Below the pieces are notes generated by a model. The model saw only the letters and a list, made by a program, of their open reading frames with translations. It searched no databases and was not told where the DNA came from. Shown piece after piece: positions 11,993-26,700 of a stretch of DNA of 64,000 nucleotides. The DNA is taken from NCBI GenBank assembly GCA_943704425.1, contig CALSCP010000216.1, positions 69,033 through 133,032 of the forward strand, given 5' to 3'. A program made the translations under genes and the position numbers. The stretch comes from Ministeria vibrans ATCC 50519. Lineage: Eukaryota > Protista > Filasterea. Numbering within the stretch: the first letter of the stretch is position 1; every line of letters starts with the position of its first letter.

Positions 11993-13512
11993 TTATGAAA
12001 AATCCATTTGCACCACGCGTGAGATTTGCTCAAGGATCGGCCCTACTTCTGGATGCGACAGAAACTGTCCAATAGCAGTGGGTTGTTGCAGCAGCTGCTC
12101 AAGGGCTGGAAGTAAACAATAATAAAATAATTATAAAAAAAAATTCCTAACAAAAACAAGAAAAAAATTGCTGCAAACCTTGAATGGCACGTTTGCTGGT
12201 AATGCACATTTGAACACGGGCGTCGGCAAGTACCGCACGAACACGAGGATCCTCGATGAGACGTGCGAGATCCTTTGGAAAGGGTGCGTCGAGCTGCTCT
12301 TCATCGGCGTCGCCGTCGTCGCCGTCGTCAGCGTCGTCCCCCTCGTCGTCAGCGTCCATTTGCATCTGCGGAATCGCTCGGCCCTCAAGCAACCATAGAG
12401 CAGCCTGCTGAGTGTCGTTGCGACAGGCCCTGAGCACGCGACGGGCGTCTTCCGCATCAAAGCCCATGTCAACCAGAGAACGCACGCCAACCTCCAACGG
12501 ACTCTCCTCCTCTCCGCCCTCCTCCGCCTGTGCACCGCCAGACGCGGCGCCGCCCGACACGGCTCTGTGTCTCCGGCGTGCTCGTTGAGCATGACGTTCT
12601 CTCTGTGCCTGCACTCGTTCTTCGTGTTGCCCCATGGCAAATGCAAGACGTTCGCTGTCGGCAATCACAGCGGCACTCTCGTCACTCGTATCTTCCACTT
12701 CTAGAAGCCACATCATGGCAGCCGACGTGTCCCTACAAACAAGGCATCCCAAGAATAAATAGGTGATGAATATCTTGTGAATGAGTACGCATTGAGAATG
12801 AGTGCTTTGACGCAGAGCGCACGAGGAAAGCCTGCACTACAGAGCACTTCAATGGCACCGGCGTCAATCATGGCTTCTAAATCTTCGTCGCTTGGCAATA
12901 TTTCGCTGTTGAACTCGCCAATGTCTTCCTCCTCCTCCTCCTCCTCCTCTTCTTCTACTTCTTCGGCTTCATGTTGCTCGGTCGCCTCTGCTGAAATGGT
13001 GGTGGGGCCTTCCGCCACCGGTTCTGCTGACGTTGATGCATGCGAACGATCGCCAATAAGTTGCACATCGTCGTCCACCTCGTCTTCAAGAAAGCTGTAT
13101 TCTTCGTCGAGTCCTTCTAGAGCTTCGTCAATCATTTCGTCCGTGTCCCCTCTATGTTCGTTCTGATCGCGAAATTCGAGTTGTGTCATCATCTTTCCAA
13201 TGACAACGAGAGCCTGCACAAGTCCTTGGAGCAGCAAGGGAAACTATAAATGCATGGAGGGTGAGTCGAGGAAGACGAGGCGAGACACGTCGTCGAGGGC
13301 GTACGTTCTTGCGAGCACCCGACTCTTGCATGAGCCCATCCGCCTCGTCGTCGCCCGTGAGTCGTCTGTGGAAGTGTGCAGTCGCCTGTTGAATGGCAGT
13401 TCCGCTTGGTATGGACGTGCACGGGGAGGGGTTCGTTCGTTGCGGTCGACGAGGCACAACGAGAAGTTTCGCTACACAATATTACATTACATTGATTGTG
13501 TTGAGTCGACGC

Positions 13513-13551
<39 letters not shown>

Positions 13552-13764
13552 TGAGACACGAAACTGCGTACCACCGTCGACAAGGCCCGCGGAAGCAAGC
13601 GACGCGTCTCTGTCTTGCGTTTCAAGGGATTTCCCCGTGGACAGGTCGACGAGACGAGGCGCGCCTTCGATGTGGAGTGTGTCGAAAAGTTCGTGAAAGT
13701 GTAAGTCGGGAGAACCCTCGAAAACAAGCTCAACGCCCGTCGTCGACGACACGACGAGGTGCAT
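11993..13764 (-). CDS. UBAC1: UBAC1/KPC2 (UBL-UBA-UBA-STI1), multi-exon
   Basis: N-terminal UBL-like segment (SLASAGLVDG), UBA1 (LCSAGFPRALCVKALILN..AAMMWLLE), UBA2 (LVDMGFDAEDARRVLRACRNDTQQAALWLLEG) and an STI1-like tail (VLADARVQMCITSKRAIQALEQLLQQP..HPEVGPILEQISRV). This matches the UBAC1 domain order and C-terminus. Confidence 0.82.
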
Positions 13765-13919
13765 TGCGGAACACTGGATCGGGGAGTGAGGAGGACGCTG
13801 CAGGAGGTGGTAAAAATGAGTTATGACTTATGAGTTTAATCAAATCAATTGAGTTTGAGTTCATTCTCCCTTGAGTGTTTTCTCTCATTGTAGTTTCAGT
13901 TGTTTGCTTTGAACTGTCC

Positions 13920-14801
13920 ATGTCAACACTGGCACAGATCCACAAAAAGTCTGAGGATGTCGTGCGTAGCATAAAGGAGACGGTACGGGGCGTTGGGAGG
14001 GGCAGACGAGCAGGTTTCAGCAACGCAGTGTAGATTGTCGATGCGCTGTCGGTGACGCAAGGGGTCGCTGTGGATCTGCTTGCAGACGAAGAGGAGGGTG
14101 CCGTGGAGAGGATGAAGGAGTTGCAGGCGGTCAGCGAGCTGTACATCAAGGGAATTGTCGAGTAGGGTTCAATAGTTGTTTTGGCGCGCTCTCAACTTGT
14201 CGTTTTGTGTTCCACTCAGACTGGAAGACTCACTGGGAGTCCTGAGTGACATGGTGGCGGAGAAGCCCGAGACAAACGACTGGGTGGCGCACTACGACGA
14301 GAAGCGTGCGGCGTTGAAGGAGACGCTGGCACTGCGGTGTGAGGAGAATGCGCAGATGCGACTGCTGCGCAAGAAGCTGGACAGCAACGACACAATGATC
14401 GCCGCAATCATCGACGACGACAACGAGATTGTCTTTGATACGCAGATGCCCATTCAAGATGTGTGTCCCATCACCAAGGTACAGCACCACAGGAGAACGG
14501 ACGCGGACAAACTCTATGGCGTTTTTGTGTTTTGGCTTAGGTGGACTTTGTTGAGCCAGTGCGCAACACAGCATGCGGTCATTGTTACTCTCGTGCGGCA
14601 ATCGAGTCGCTCTTCCAACAACAGACACACTTGCATTTGCCGGCACGCGTGGCATGTCCCGTCACCGGCTGTTCCAAGCGCCTCGACCCAAGCACACTCG
14701 TGCCTGCGCCGACACTGCTGAGCGACATCAAACGCAGACGTCGCGAGGAAGCCGCCGCCCGCAAGCAAACGGGCACCATGCACGACACCACTCAACTGTA
14801 G
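13920..14801 (+). CDS. NSMCE2: E3 SUMO ligase NSE2/MMS21 (SP-RING), SMC5/6 complex
   Basis: Short helical protein ending in an SP-RING, CPITK|VDFVEPVRNTACGHCYSRAAI..CPVTGC. Three GT-AG introns. Confidence 0.85.
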
Positions 14802-14876
14802 TACATACGTACAATAATATACATATATAATTATATTTTTTTTTTTACGAATCATGATCGCTGGGTGTGTACTTTT

Positions 14877-16724
<1,848 letters not shown>

Positions 16725-16926
16725 CGGCAACGGTCGATATAACAAAAAAGAACTATTCGCTAAAAATAATTGGTGAGTACGAGTCGAGAATAATGAATAT
16801 TGATTAAACATTGCGTTCATTTTCGTTCATCTCAAATTAAAATTGGTGAATAATAAGTTCTGGCAAGCTTTTCTTTTCTTTCTTTTTTTTGAGGAGGGAG
16901 TTTTGTATTGACGATAATTTGCTTCA

Positions 16927-18639
16927 TTATTCGGGTTTGAAAAACAGGAGCTTGCGGGCGGAGGAAGCGGCAATGAAGTGGGCAGAGGGGCCAAAACGAA
17001 GGGCACCCACTGGGGTTTTGAGGGTCGCCAGACGGTCCCACGACTTGCTCATATACACACTGGAGGAAAGGAAGGAAATACAAAAGAGTGTGAGCAGACA
17101 GCGACGCAAATGTTTATCTGTGCGTGTTGTACCTGAGGTCTTCGCCGCCCACCGCCAGATACTGTCCGCTGTGATCAAATGCGACGCTGTGCACAGCCGA
17201 GGGTGCCGTGATCGTGTGAATGTTCTTGAGCTTACGCAAGTCCCAAATCTTCACTGTGGCATCCTTCGCGCCTGTTGCCAAATAGAACCTATGTGTGATA
17301 AATGGATTGAGAATTCATCCAAAACAAAGAGATGAATGATTACCCATTCTCCGAGAAGCACAGACTGCTAATCTGATCCTTGTGGCCCTCAAAGTTGGCG
17401 ACATTCTGCTGGGACTTGACGTCCCAGATGCGCACGACGCCATCGACAAGGCCCGTGCCGAGAATGAGGCCATCGGGATGGAACTGAGCGCACGAGAAGG
17501 GCGCTGGGCCCGCCACGGAGAGCACCACCTTGCCTTGGTCAATGTCGCTAAAGGCCCAGGTGGAGTCAGCGCTCACGCTGACCAAATGAGTGCCGGGTGC
17601 GGACAGAGTTACGCCTGTCACGGCGTCCGTGTGGCCCTTGATCACGGCCGACGCCTTGTTGGTCTCTAGCGACCACACGCGCACCGTCTTGTCGGCACTT
17701 CCGCTCACAGCAACCGACTCGCGCTGCGCATGGAACGCAACGGTGGTCACCTTCTTCGTGTGGCCCGACAGCGTGTGCGCCACTTTGCCCCCCGAAAAGA
17801 CCACCACCTTCTTGTCGTTGCCACCGGTGAGAACGAGGTCGCCACGCACGTCGATCGACGTAATCTCCGACGAGCCGTGCAGACCCGACTGCGACAAAGA
17901 CTCCTGTAACGTGCCCATGGCCTCGGCCGTGGTCAAATCGGCCGGCTTGCTGCGCTTCTTTCGCTGTTTCGTCAGCTCAGCACCCTTCTCTTCCATGGCA
18001 GCAATCACGGCGGCCGGGATGCCACTGCTGGCCGCACCGGCACTCTCTTGCACGTCCTCCATGGGCGCAGCGGTAGTGGTGGTGTCTGTCTTTGTTGTGG
18101 TTGAGGTTGAGGATGAGGTGGCGGCGGAGGCTGCTGTTGCGGTGGAGGGCTGAATAGAAGCAAGGGCGTCGCGTGCAGCGTCGCGCTCTTGCTTGAGACG
18201 CGCAATAACGCGACACGACGCGTCGTGTTGGTACAGAGTGTTGGCAAGCTCCTGTCTAATGACGCCGTAGTGCTGCTTCAGCGTGTACGTCTCCAGCATG
18301 AGCGCATCCCACTCGTCCTGCAGCGTCTTGAGCATCGCAGGGATGCTGGTGGCTGCGGGCGGCCGCGGGCGCACCACCGTCGGGTGTGGCTTGATGTCGA
18401 CAATGTCCTCCTCCAGGTTGAGCACACGGCCCGTCTCGATGGGGTCGGTGCCGTTCTCGTTGACATACTTGGCCAACAGTCGCTTCTCAAACACCCGTCC
18501 CGAAATGCGCGACACCACCGGCTCCTCAGGCACGTTGCCGGAAACTACAAAGCGCACACAGACATGAGCAACTGGCTGCTGCACCCTCCGATCACGCGTC
18601 CCAACACACACACGACTTACTTGCACAGACAAACGCCAT
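16927..18639 (-). CDS. PRPF19: Pre-mRNA-processing factor 19 (U-box, coiled coil, WD40)
   Basis: U-box SGNVPEEPVVSRISGRVFEKRLL, the Prp19 motif PRPPAATSIPAMLKTLQDEWDALMLE..RQELANTLYQHDASCRVIARL, and WD40 repeats (FHPDGLILGTG, FSENG). Confidence 0.96.
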
Positions 18640-18709
18640 AGTCAAAACGCTTTCGCTTTGAATAAAAAAAAATCGTTAGAGAAAAAAAAAGGAAAAAAAA
18701 AAAACAGGA

Positions 18710-19322
18710 NNNNNNNNNNNNNNNNNNNNNNNNNNNNNNNNNNNNNNNNNNNNNNNNNNNNNNNNNNNNNNNNNNNNNNNNNNNNNNNNNNNNNNNNNNN
18801 NNNNNNNNNNNNNNNNNNNNNNNNNNNNNNNNNNNNNNNNNNNNNNNNNNNNNNNNNNNNNNNNNNNNNNNNNNNNNNNNNNNNNNNNNNNNNNNNNNNN
18901 NNNNNNNNNNNNNNNNNNNNNNNNNNNNNNNNNNNNNNNNNNNNNNNNNNNNNNNNNNNNNNNNNNNNNNNNNNNNNNNNNNNNNNNNNNNNNNNNNNNN
19001 NNNNNNNNNNNNNNNNNNNNNNNNNNNNNNNNNNNNNNNNNNNNNNNNNNNNNNNNNNNNNNNNNNNNNNNNNNNNNNNNNNNNNNNNNNNNNNNNNNNN
19101 NNNNNNNNNNNNNNNNNNNNNNNNNNNNNNNNNNNNNNNNNNNNNNNNNNNNNNNNNNNNNNNNNNNNNNNNNNNNNNNNNNNNNNNNNNNNNNNNNNNN
19201 NNNNNNNNNNNNNNNNNNNNNNNNNNNNNNNNNNNNNNNNNNNNNNNNNNNNNNNNNNNNNNNNNNNNNNNNNNNNNNNNNNNNNNNNNNNNNNNNNNNN
19301 NNNNNNNNNNNNNNNNNNNNNN
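18710..19322. other. Assembly gap (N run)
   Basis: Run of n characters. Confidence 1.
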
Positions 19323-19359
19323 GGGGGGGGGGACTGAGGAGAAGGGACTCAGGAGGGAG

Positions 19360-20429
19360 TCAGGCTTGGTTGAATCGAGCGAGGCGCTTGCGGCGCATCT
19401 CGTCCACATCGTCGACGACACGCCCCCCCTTCCGCTGCTCCTTTTCGGCACGTCGCTTTGCAGCCGCCTCCGCATCCGCCAGCAGAGCCACCGTCCGGTC
19501 GTGCGCCATTGAAGCTGGAAGCTTACCCTCGATGAGAAAAATAGAGTAGTGCTCCAGCTGGAGCTGTTGGAGGAGGAGGCTGAGACCAAGAGTAAGGTCA
19601 GAAGACAGACATCCGCTGTTTGAATGCGCGTCTCTTACCCCAGTAACGTGTCTGAAACGGGCTCGGGGCGTTCAAGAGTGCTGTTTAAGTTGTACCATTG
19701 TGTACCGAAGCGCCGCAAGCAAGTCCAGTGTGACTGGTAATTGGCAATGAAGGCATTCTCTCGCTCAGGGTGATCGCGTGCTCCACTGTCTACTTCTTGT
19801 GCCGACAGAGGCACCATCTTGAGTGAGTACGTCTCCAGAGCTCGTTGAAGCACCTGGAAAGAAAGCGGGGGGTTACGAGACACACAAATACGAGATACAT
19901 GAAAACCGCAAAGGCACGCACGCGGAGACACACAATTACACATGCACATATGTACCACAAACACACACACTATATATATATATATATATATATAATACCA
20001 CAAACACACATGCATACACACACACACTAAATATATTATACCACAGACACACACACACACTGAAAGTGACCTGAATTGAAAAATATCCACTGTCGTCCAT
20101 ATTAGATGACTGCGAGGCACCCGGTCGGTGTTGTAGAAGAGACGAACCCGTCTCCTGCCCGCCCTGTGTCCATATGGCTAGACGTGGTAGAACTTCAGTT
20201 TGAAGTTCACGAACATACAATCAAACCTCTCTCCTCCCGATCAAGCGCCGCTGCAACGTCCGCCAGCATTACAGCCGAGAAAACCTTGTCTTGACACAGG
20301 TTGTTGAGGCAGTGCTGTGCGCAGAGTGCGCCTTCTTGCTGTGAATCAAACAGCGCAAGTGCAGTCAGAAATCGCCCTCTCCTCTTGCAAACGTACTCTC
20401 TCATGGTAGATCGCATCTACTGGATTCAT
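19360..20429 (-). CDS. ATXN3: Ataxin-3-like Josephin deubiquitinase
   Basis: IYHER|QQEGALCAQHCLNNL (catalytic Cys), NMDDSGYFSIQV, and FIANYQSHWTCLRRFGTQWYNLNS (catalytic His and Asn). The last exon ends DEMRRKRLARFNQA*. Confidence 0.9.
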
Positions 20430-20750
20430 AGTACGACTCAAGTCGATACAAGAAATATAATGCTAAGTTATGAGTAAGTCTTCAGTAATGAATAATTGAA
20501 AAAAATAATAATAGTTTGTCCTGAGTTAAATATTCCAAGTCAATCATTTAATATTATTAATCTGAATATTATTGTATTTGTGGGTCTATGGGTGCTTCAT
20601 CGTCTTGGGACTCCGGGCTTGCCTATGGCGAAAGGATCGTATCTCTCTGTGATTACTCTTCGTGCATTCCAATTTCATACTATTTACTTTCAAACGTATT
20701 AATTCACATTTCACAATTTTTTGAATGTTCTTCTACATTAACAAAATGTT

Positions 20751-23700
20751 TCAGTGCCCATACTTGGACCGGCGACTCTCAAACTGTTCGTTGCCCTCCT
20801 GCACTACAATTGCCGGGTCGCGCTGCCTCCAATAGTCCCGTTCCGCCGCCTCCTCCCGATCAAGCTTGGCCTTCTCGCGTGTCAGAAGCGACATGAGCTT
20901 GCGCCACTCCATCTCGGCGGCCTGCAGGCGCTCACGCGCCGCATGCACATGCGGCAGCTCCATGTATTCCTTGTGCCGTCGCACCCACTTGGTATTGAAT
21001 GCGTCCTGAATTGCTTCAATATGCACTCCAATCTGATGCGTGTACGAGCGCGAGCTGGTCAGCTCAGAGCGACGTTGAGCACACGCATGGTCCACCGCAA
21101 TCTCATCCCACATGAGGTCCGTTGCCTCAGCGTCCACCTCGCTCGCCTCCACGTCAGCCACTTCGGACGAATGAAAACCTGGCAACAACGACCGTCGCTG
21201 TGCCACAATCGCCGTGTAGTAGGCAAGCCACAGCTGCTTCTCCGCGTTGATAGCCAACGAGCGGAGCACCTTAAGCTCTTTGAAGACGGAAAAGGCCAGC
21301 GAACTGTGTACCTCAACAAACTGCAGTGCTAGGTTGCGATGGAGCTCCTGTGGCATCTGCTCCAGCGCATCGGCATGACTCACAAGCAGCGATGCAGACA
21401 GCGCGCCGCATCGACCCGCCACCGAAAAGGCAACCTGCACACAATGAAAAATCCCTTCGTCCTGCACCCGGCGAATCGGCATGCACGACATGAGCGCCGG
21501 CTCGCGCGCATCCGCAACGTGCTCGCGCGGACGCCACGCAAACGTGTACACCTTGTCGGGCGCTCGATTAATCATGCGCGCCAAAATCTTCTCAGGCAAC
21601 TCTTCCTCACCATCGCCCACGCGCTTAGGAATGCCCATCAGCTGCAGTCGCAGTCGCGATGGCACCGTAGTGCTCACTATCGTCCCATCGTCGCCAGTAC
21701 GCTCGCTCGCCACTGTCGTCACCTTCTCTCCTTCTCCTCCTGACCCCGTTGCCTTCTCCGCGACAATCATAAAGCGACAGCCGTGCCACTCAAACACCTG
21801 TGCATTCCGTTCAGCCTCCGCCATTTTCTGCTCCATTTCCCAGCGCGTCGAAAAAACAAGGACGTGCTCTCCACGCGAGAGCATCCCGTCCAGCTCCATC
21901 GACAGTGCCCCAGTCTCTTCGTCCTCATACACCGCATACACCAGACGCGCAATCTTCTTCACGTACACCTGAACACCTTCCGCGCGCACATCACTCGCCG
22001 CGGATCGGTCCGGCTCATAGTGCAACGTGTAACCGTCGGAGAACACTTCGTGCGACGTAACCAGCGCCTGTCCCGGCAGCCCCCCCTCCGCCGTCACCAC
22101 CTTCAGTGTGTCGTCGCTCTTGGATGCACCGCCAAACGCGTGTGAGGCTACCTCCGAGCGAATCGGATGGCTCAGCTCGTCATCAAGACACGCATCGCCG
22201 CCCACATACAACGTCTGAATGCGCACCAACCAGCGCTTGCCGCGGCCCAGCATCAGTCCGCCCGGTAGCTCCATCACAATACTGTCACGGTTGCGCTCCA
22301 GCGCCGCCGCTCCATCGCGATCCACCGTCCGCCGCTGTTCGGTGCACGCCCACTCGCCCACCGCCTTCTGATACGCCGCCGGCACGGGTACATGCGCGTG
22401 TACCACCTTCCAGTGAACCGTCCGACTGCTCCCGTGCTCCGCCTCGTTGTAGTCCGACAACAGCTCCACCTGGCGTTCCGCCGCACTCAGTCGTCGCACC
22501 GCCTCCGTCTCCTCAGTGTACTCAATGCGATAACCCAGCACACGCACATTCTGCCCAGAGACAACACGAGGGCGCCAGCTGACAGAAAATCCCTCCAGTG
22601 CCCCATACACAAAGTGACTTTCGTTCCGCGACACCAAAAATTGTTGTACAGGTCCCGGAGGCGACAGTGGAAAGCGCGTGCTCAGCGTCGATACATTTGA
22701 TCGCTGCGGCGCCAGTCGACGCACCGCCTTAAACACCACCTCAACCCACACGTCGTAGCGCTTACACGGTTTCAGATCGCCAAAAGCCGCTCGATACTCG
22801 CGCGAGCCTTCCTCCACAGGCAAGCCTTTGGACTTGAGAGGCGCATTCGCGTCGTCTTCGTACGCCTCCAGTGCCGCCTCGTCCTCCTCGTCCTCCTCGT
22901 CCTCCTCGTCGTCGTCGTCATCGTCCGCAATGCCATCGCTGTTGGCACGTCCGCGTGTTGTCAGCATCGGATGTGTTGCCCATTCATCGTCGTCGCCGTC
23001 CTCCTCATCGTCGGCAGCCTCCAGTCGAAATAACACCGTCGTCTTGGTCGTGTCAAAGCCCTCAGGGGCAACCCAGCGCAAGGCCAACGAACGCTCGCGT
23101 CGCATAGTGGCACTCGGCATTTGCGGGCGGAACTTTCCAATGACATACAAAAAGTGTCGCTTCGGCGGCTCCGACGGATCTTCGGGCGTCACCGTGATGG
23201 CAAGACTCAAGAACATACCAGGATGGACACGCAGCGGCATCGTGACCTCTTCACCATCCACGTCGGCAGACGCACCCGCCTTACGCGCATCTGCTTGCAA
23301 CTTGCGTCGCCCAAACGTACCACCCCGACGCATGGTCTTCATCGCCGCCTGCTTAGCACTACGCTCAATGTCCAGCGCAACGTGCCACGCGGAGCATTTG
23401 GCGCGAGGATGCGTCTGTGGACGCAAGTCCACCATGGTCCACTTGCGCGTTTGCACACGAATCACACCGTCCATCGACTTGACTGTCGTCGATGCTTCGA
23501 GTCCTCGTGTTCGTGTGCAGTGCCCAACCACGCACGCGACATCGGCGTCGTCACTCAATGCGTACAGGTGAATAAAGTGATTCTTGGGCGGTCCCTTCTG
23601 CGCCTTCACCTGTACCTGCACCACCGTCTCATAGCCGGGCAGCACATCAACCTCCTCCTTGCCACGCACCTCTCGTCGCGACACACCACTGTCCTCCTCC

Positions 23701-26700
23701 GCCATGCGCACTGCACTCGCCTTGCCCTCCTCCTGTCCGTCCGGAAGATCTCGTGGTTCAAAGGCATACAGGGTTGTGCTCGTCGTGGAAGCCTCAGGCT
23801 TCACATGTATCACTACCTTGCCGGGCACATCCGCACGGTGGTGAATGCCGTCCGGGTCGCTCCGCAAGTGAATACCACCTGAGTTCTTGCCCTTGAGCGT
23901 GCTCACTTGAATAACATTGAGGGTCGTGTTGCATTCGTTTGATGCACACGTTGTCACCGACACCGGCGCCGACCATGGCCCCGCAAGAACCACCTGTTGG
24001 TCAGTCTCAACGACGAGCCGTGCAAACAATCGATGTTCCGTGTTCGCCTGCAAACCCTCAATCACAAGCTCGCGTAGACGCGCCACGTCTCGTTCCTTCA
24101 CGCGCGCCACAACCGTCTTTGAGTCGTCTGCATTACCCGCTTTGCCCGTCGTCGCCACCATCTGATAGTACCGCTGTGAGACACCCGCACGCTCAGCCAT
24201 CAGCAAAGGCTCGAGTCGTGCCTCATGACACGACACCGATGCACTCGAGTCGAGCACATTGGCGATGTCCAGCAAATGAGGCGCATCGCCACCGCCGACA
24301 ATTACTTGACGCGCCTCGTCGCCCAACGATCGAGTAAGCAAGGTGCGCCACAGCTCACGATGATACTGCGGCTCCTTCGTCGTCATGGTGAAGCGAGGAT
24401 CGCTCCAGGGTCCCGCCATCGTCATCTCAGTGCCCGTCGGATTGCCGTGTGTGTCCCGGAAGCGCATGCTGAGGACGGCACGAACGCGCAACGTGTACTT
24501 GGTGTTCTCAGGCACGTTAGCCAGGCACACAATGGTATCGTCGCGTACGGGTCGCTCGTCAGGTAGTCCACTTTCGTCGCGATTGTGCGCCACCGGCTCG
24601 ATCCACTCGTCCATACCTCGGTTAATGCCAATGTTCACTTGACGACGCACAATGCACATTTGCGGCATCACACTGCCCGCTCGCTGGCCCGTCTCGTCGG
24701 CCCAACTCAGCGAGCGCTCAGTCACACGTACCACCATGGAGCGGTCAAGCGGTGTGATCTCCACGGGAGGGTCCACGTGCAACACATCCGTCTCGACAAG
24801 CGCCTCGACCGTCTCATGGGAGGTCTCCACACCACGAGGAGGTGTGGTGAACCAGTCAATAATGGTATACGAGCCGGCAGCCTTCACCGACTCAGCCCCG
24901 CCGCTCTCATCGCGTGTTACCAACCGCCGTGCCACCACAGTGTAAGCGGTGCCTGGCTGGACGGGCACCCAGGTACCCTGCGAGTCGGCAATGATGGCAC
25001 ACGAGGATGGATCGGGACGCCACTTTACCATGTCTTTCTTCACCATGTTACCGGGAACCACGCGGAATTCGTAGCGTATCACGTCACTCTCGGGCATCGC
25101 CAACTGCACATGTGCTGCATTGGTTAACACGATCGGTGAACGCGCACACCGCACGGGAGGAAGTGCCTCATGCCGATCAAACTCCGCCTGTAGTCGAAAG
25201 TTGCGCTCGTCGCTCTCAAGTCGCGACAAGATCTCGTGATCGTGGTCGACGGTATTCGCGTTGCGCGCCGAACCAAACACTTCAAGAGCCCGAGGCACCA
25301 CTGGTACCGGTGGAATGGGCACTTCTTCCGGGACCTTTGCTAGCGGTGGCTGTGCCTCTGGCGCCGCTTTCGGGTTGCTCGGGCCTGGCGGCTCAGGTTT
25401 TGCTGCCTTTGGTTCAGCAACAAACACACTGACCGTACCTTCGTCCAGATAGGAAGGATTCAGTATCAATGGGGCCGGATCTTCTCCGTTGAAGGAGTCG
25501 GACGAATCGGAAAAGACTGACATTTGCAAAGAGTTCAACCGTTCGTGACCCTGCTTATGGCGGTGGCGACGACGACTACGACGGCGCGCGCAGAGCACAC
25601 AACAACAGCCAAGAAGGAGAACCAAAAGCAACCCAGCAAGACCAGCCGCAAGGTAAATCCAGGGAAACGAAGCGGCGGGATCAGAAACGGTCGAAACAAT
25701 TGTCTGACACGCGAACAAAGACGGATCGCCCACTGCACTTCGAATGTGCTGGCACTTGGTACCGGTGGGACACGCCACGCAACAACCGTCTTGCTCCGAC
25801 GTGGGCGCCTGAATCGACCCAGTCGTCGTGTACGACGAGTTGGTTGGCACACAGCCTTCGTTGTTGCAAAGTGCCGCGCAGGGTTCGCACGTATAATTGA
25901 CCAAGTTGGGTCGCGTGTCGACTGGACACGCAAGAAGACAAAGCGTGTTCGCCTCGGGGGTACATTTGGACACCTCAAAGCGAAGCGAATCTTGACAGTT
26001 GGTGCACCGTGTGCATTGACGATCAGCCAGGGTTGTACAGGGTTGTGACTGGTAGTGTCCGTGGGGACAGCCGACGGAACACGGGACGCACGTGGCTGTT
26101 GCATTGAGGGTGAGGCCGGTACATGGCGCATCGAGAAAGGTTGCGCCAATCGTACACTGTGCAGCTGTCATGCAATCGTTGCAAATTGTGTTGTGCGTCG
26201 AGTTGCACCCCCGTTCAATATACTCGTGCACTTCACACTCGTGGCATACGGTGCAGTTGAGACCGTCGCCCCACTGGCCAGGCGGACAAGGTGCACAGTC
26301 AAAGCCTAAATCAGGCGCGGCCCGATCCGTGCAGTTGGTGAAACAGGGCGACGTGCGACACGCATCAATGTCACGACAGGTGCGATCGTGCGTTGCGTTG
26401 CATGCAAGATGGTCCTCAAAGCCAGCGGGGCAGCTGTGAAGCGGTGTGCAGGCAGCGCACAGTGTACGAGCGTCGCCAAAATATCCACTGTGGCATTCAC
26501 ATGTGTAGGCGCCTACCAAATTGGTGCAGTTGGCATTGGAAACACACACACTCGGTGTTTCAACACACTCGTTGATGTCCATGTCGCACACAGAGCCAGT
26601 CCAGCCAGCGGCACACGCACATGTAAAGCCGTTGAACAGATCGCTGCATGTGCCGTCGTTGGCACACGGGTTGGACGCACACTCTTGCAGCTCACATTCG

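Noticed and set aside
18642-19589. Long ORFs spanning the N run
   Set aside because: Artefacts of translating the assembly gap.
20570-20670. GC-richer patch downstream of the giant gene as a SECIS or ncRNA
   Set aside because: No convincing SECIS core or helix, and no known RNA motif could be folded by eye on either strand.
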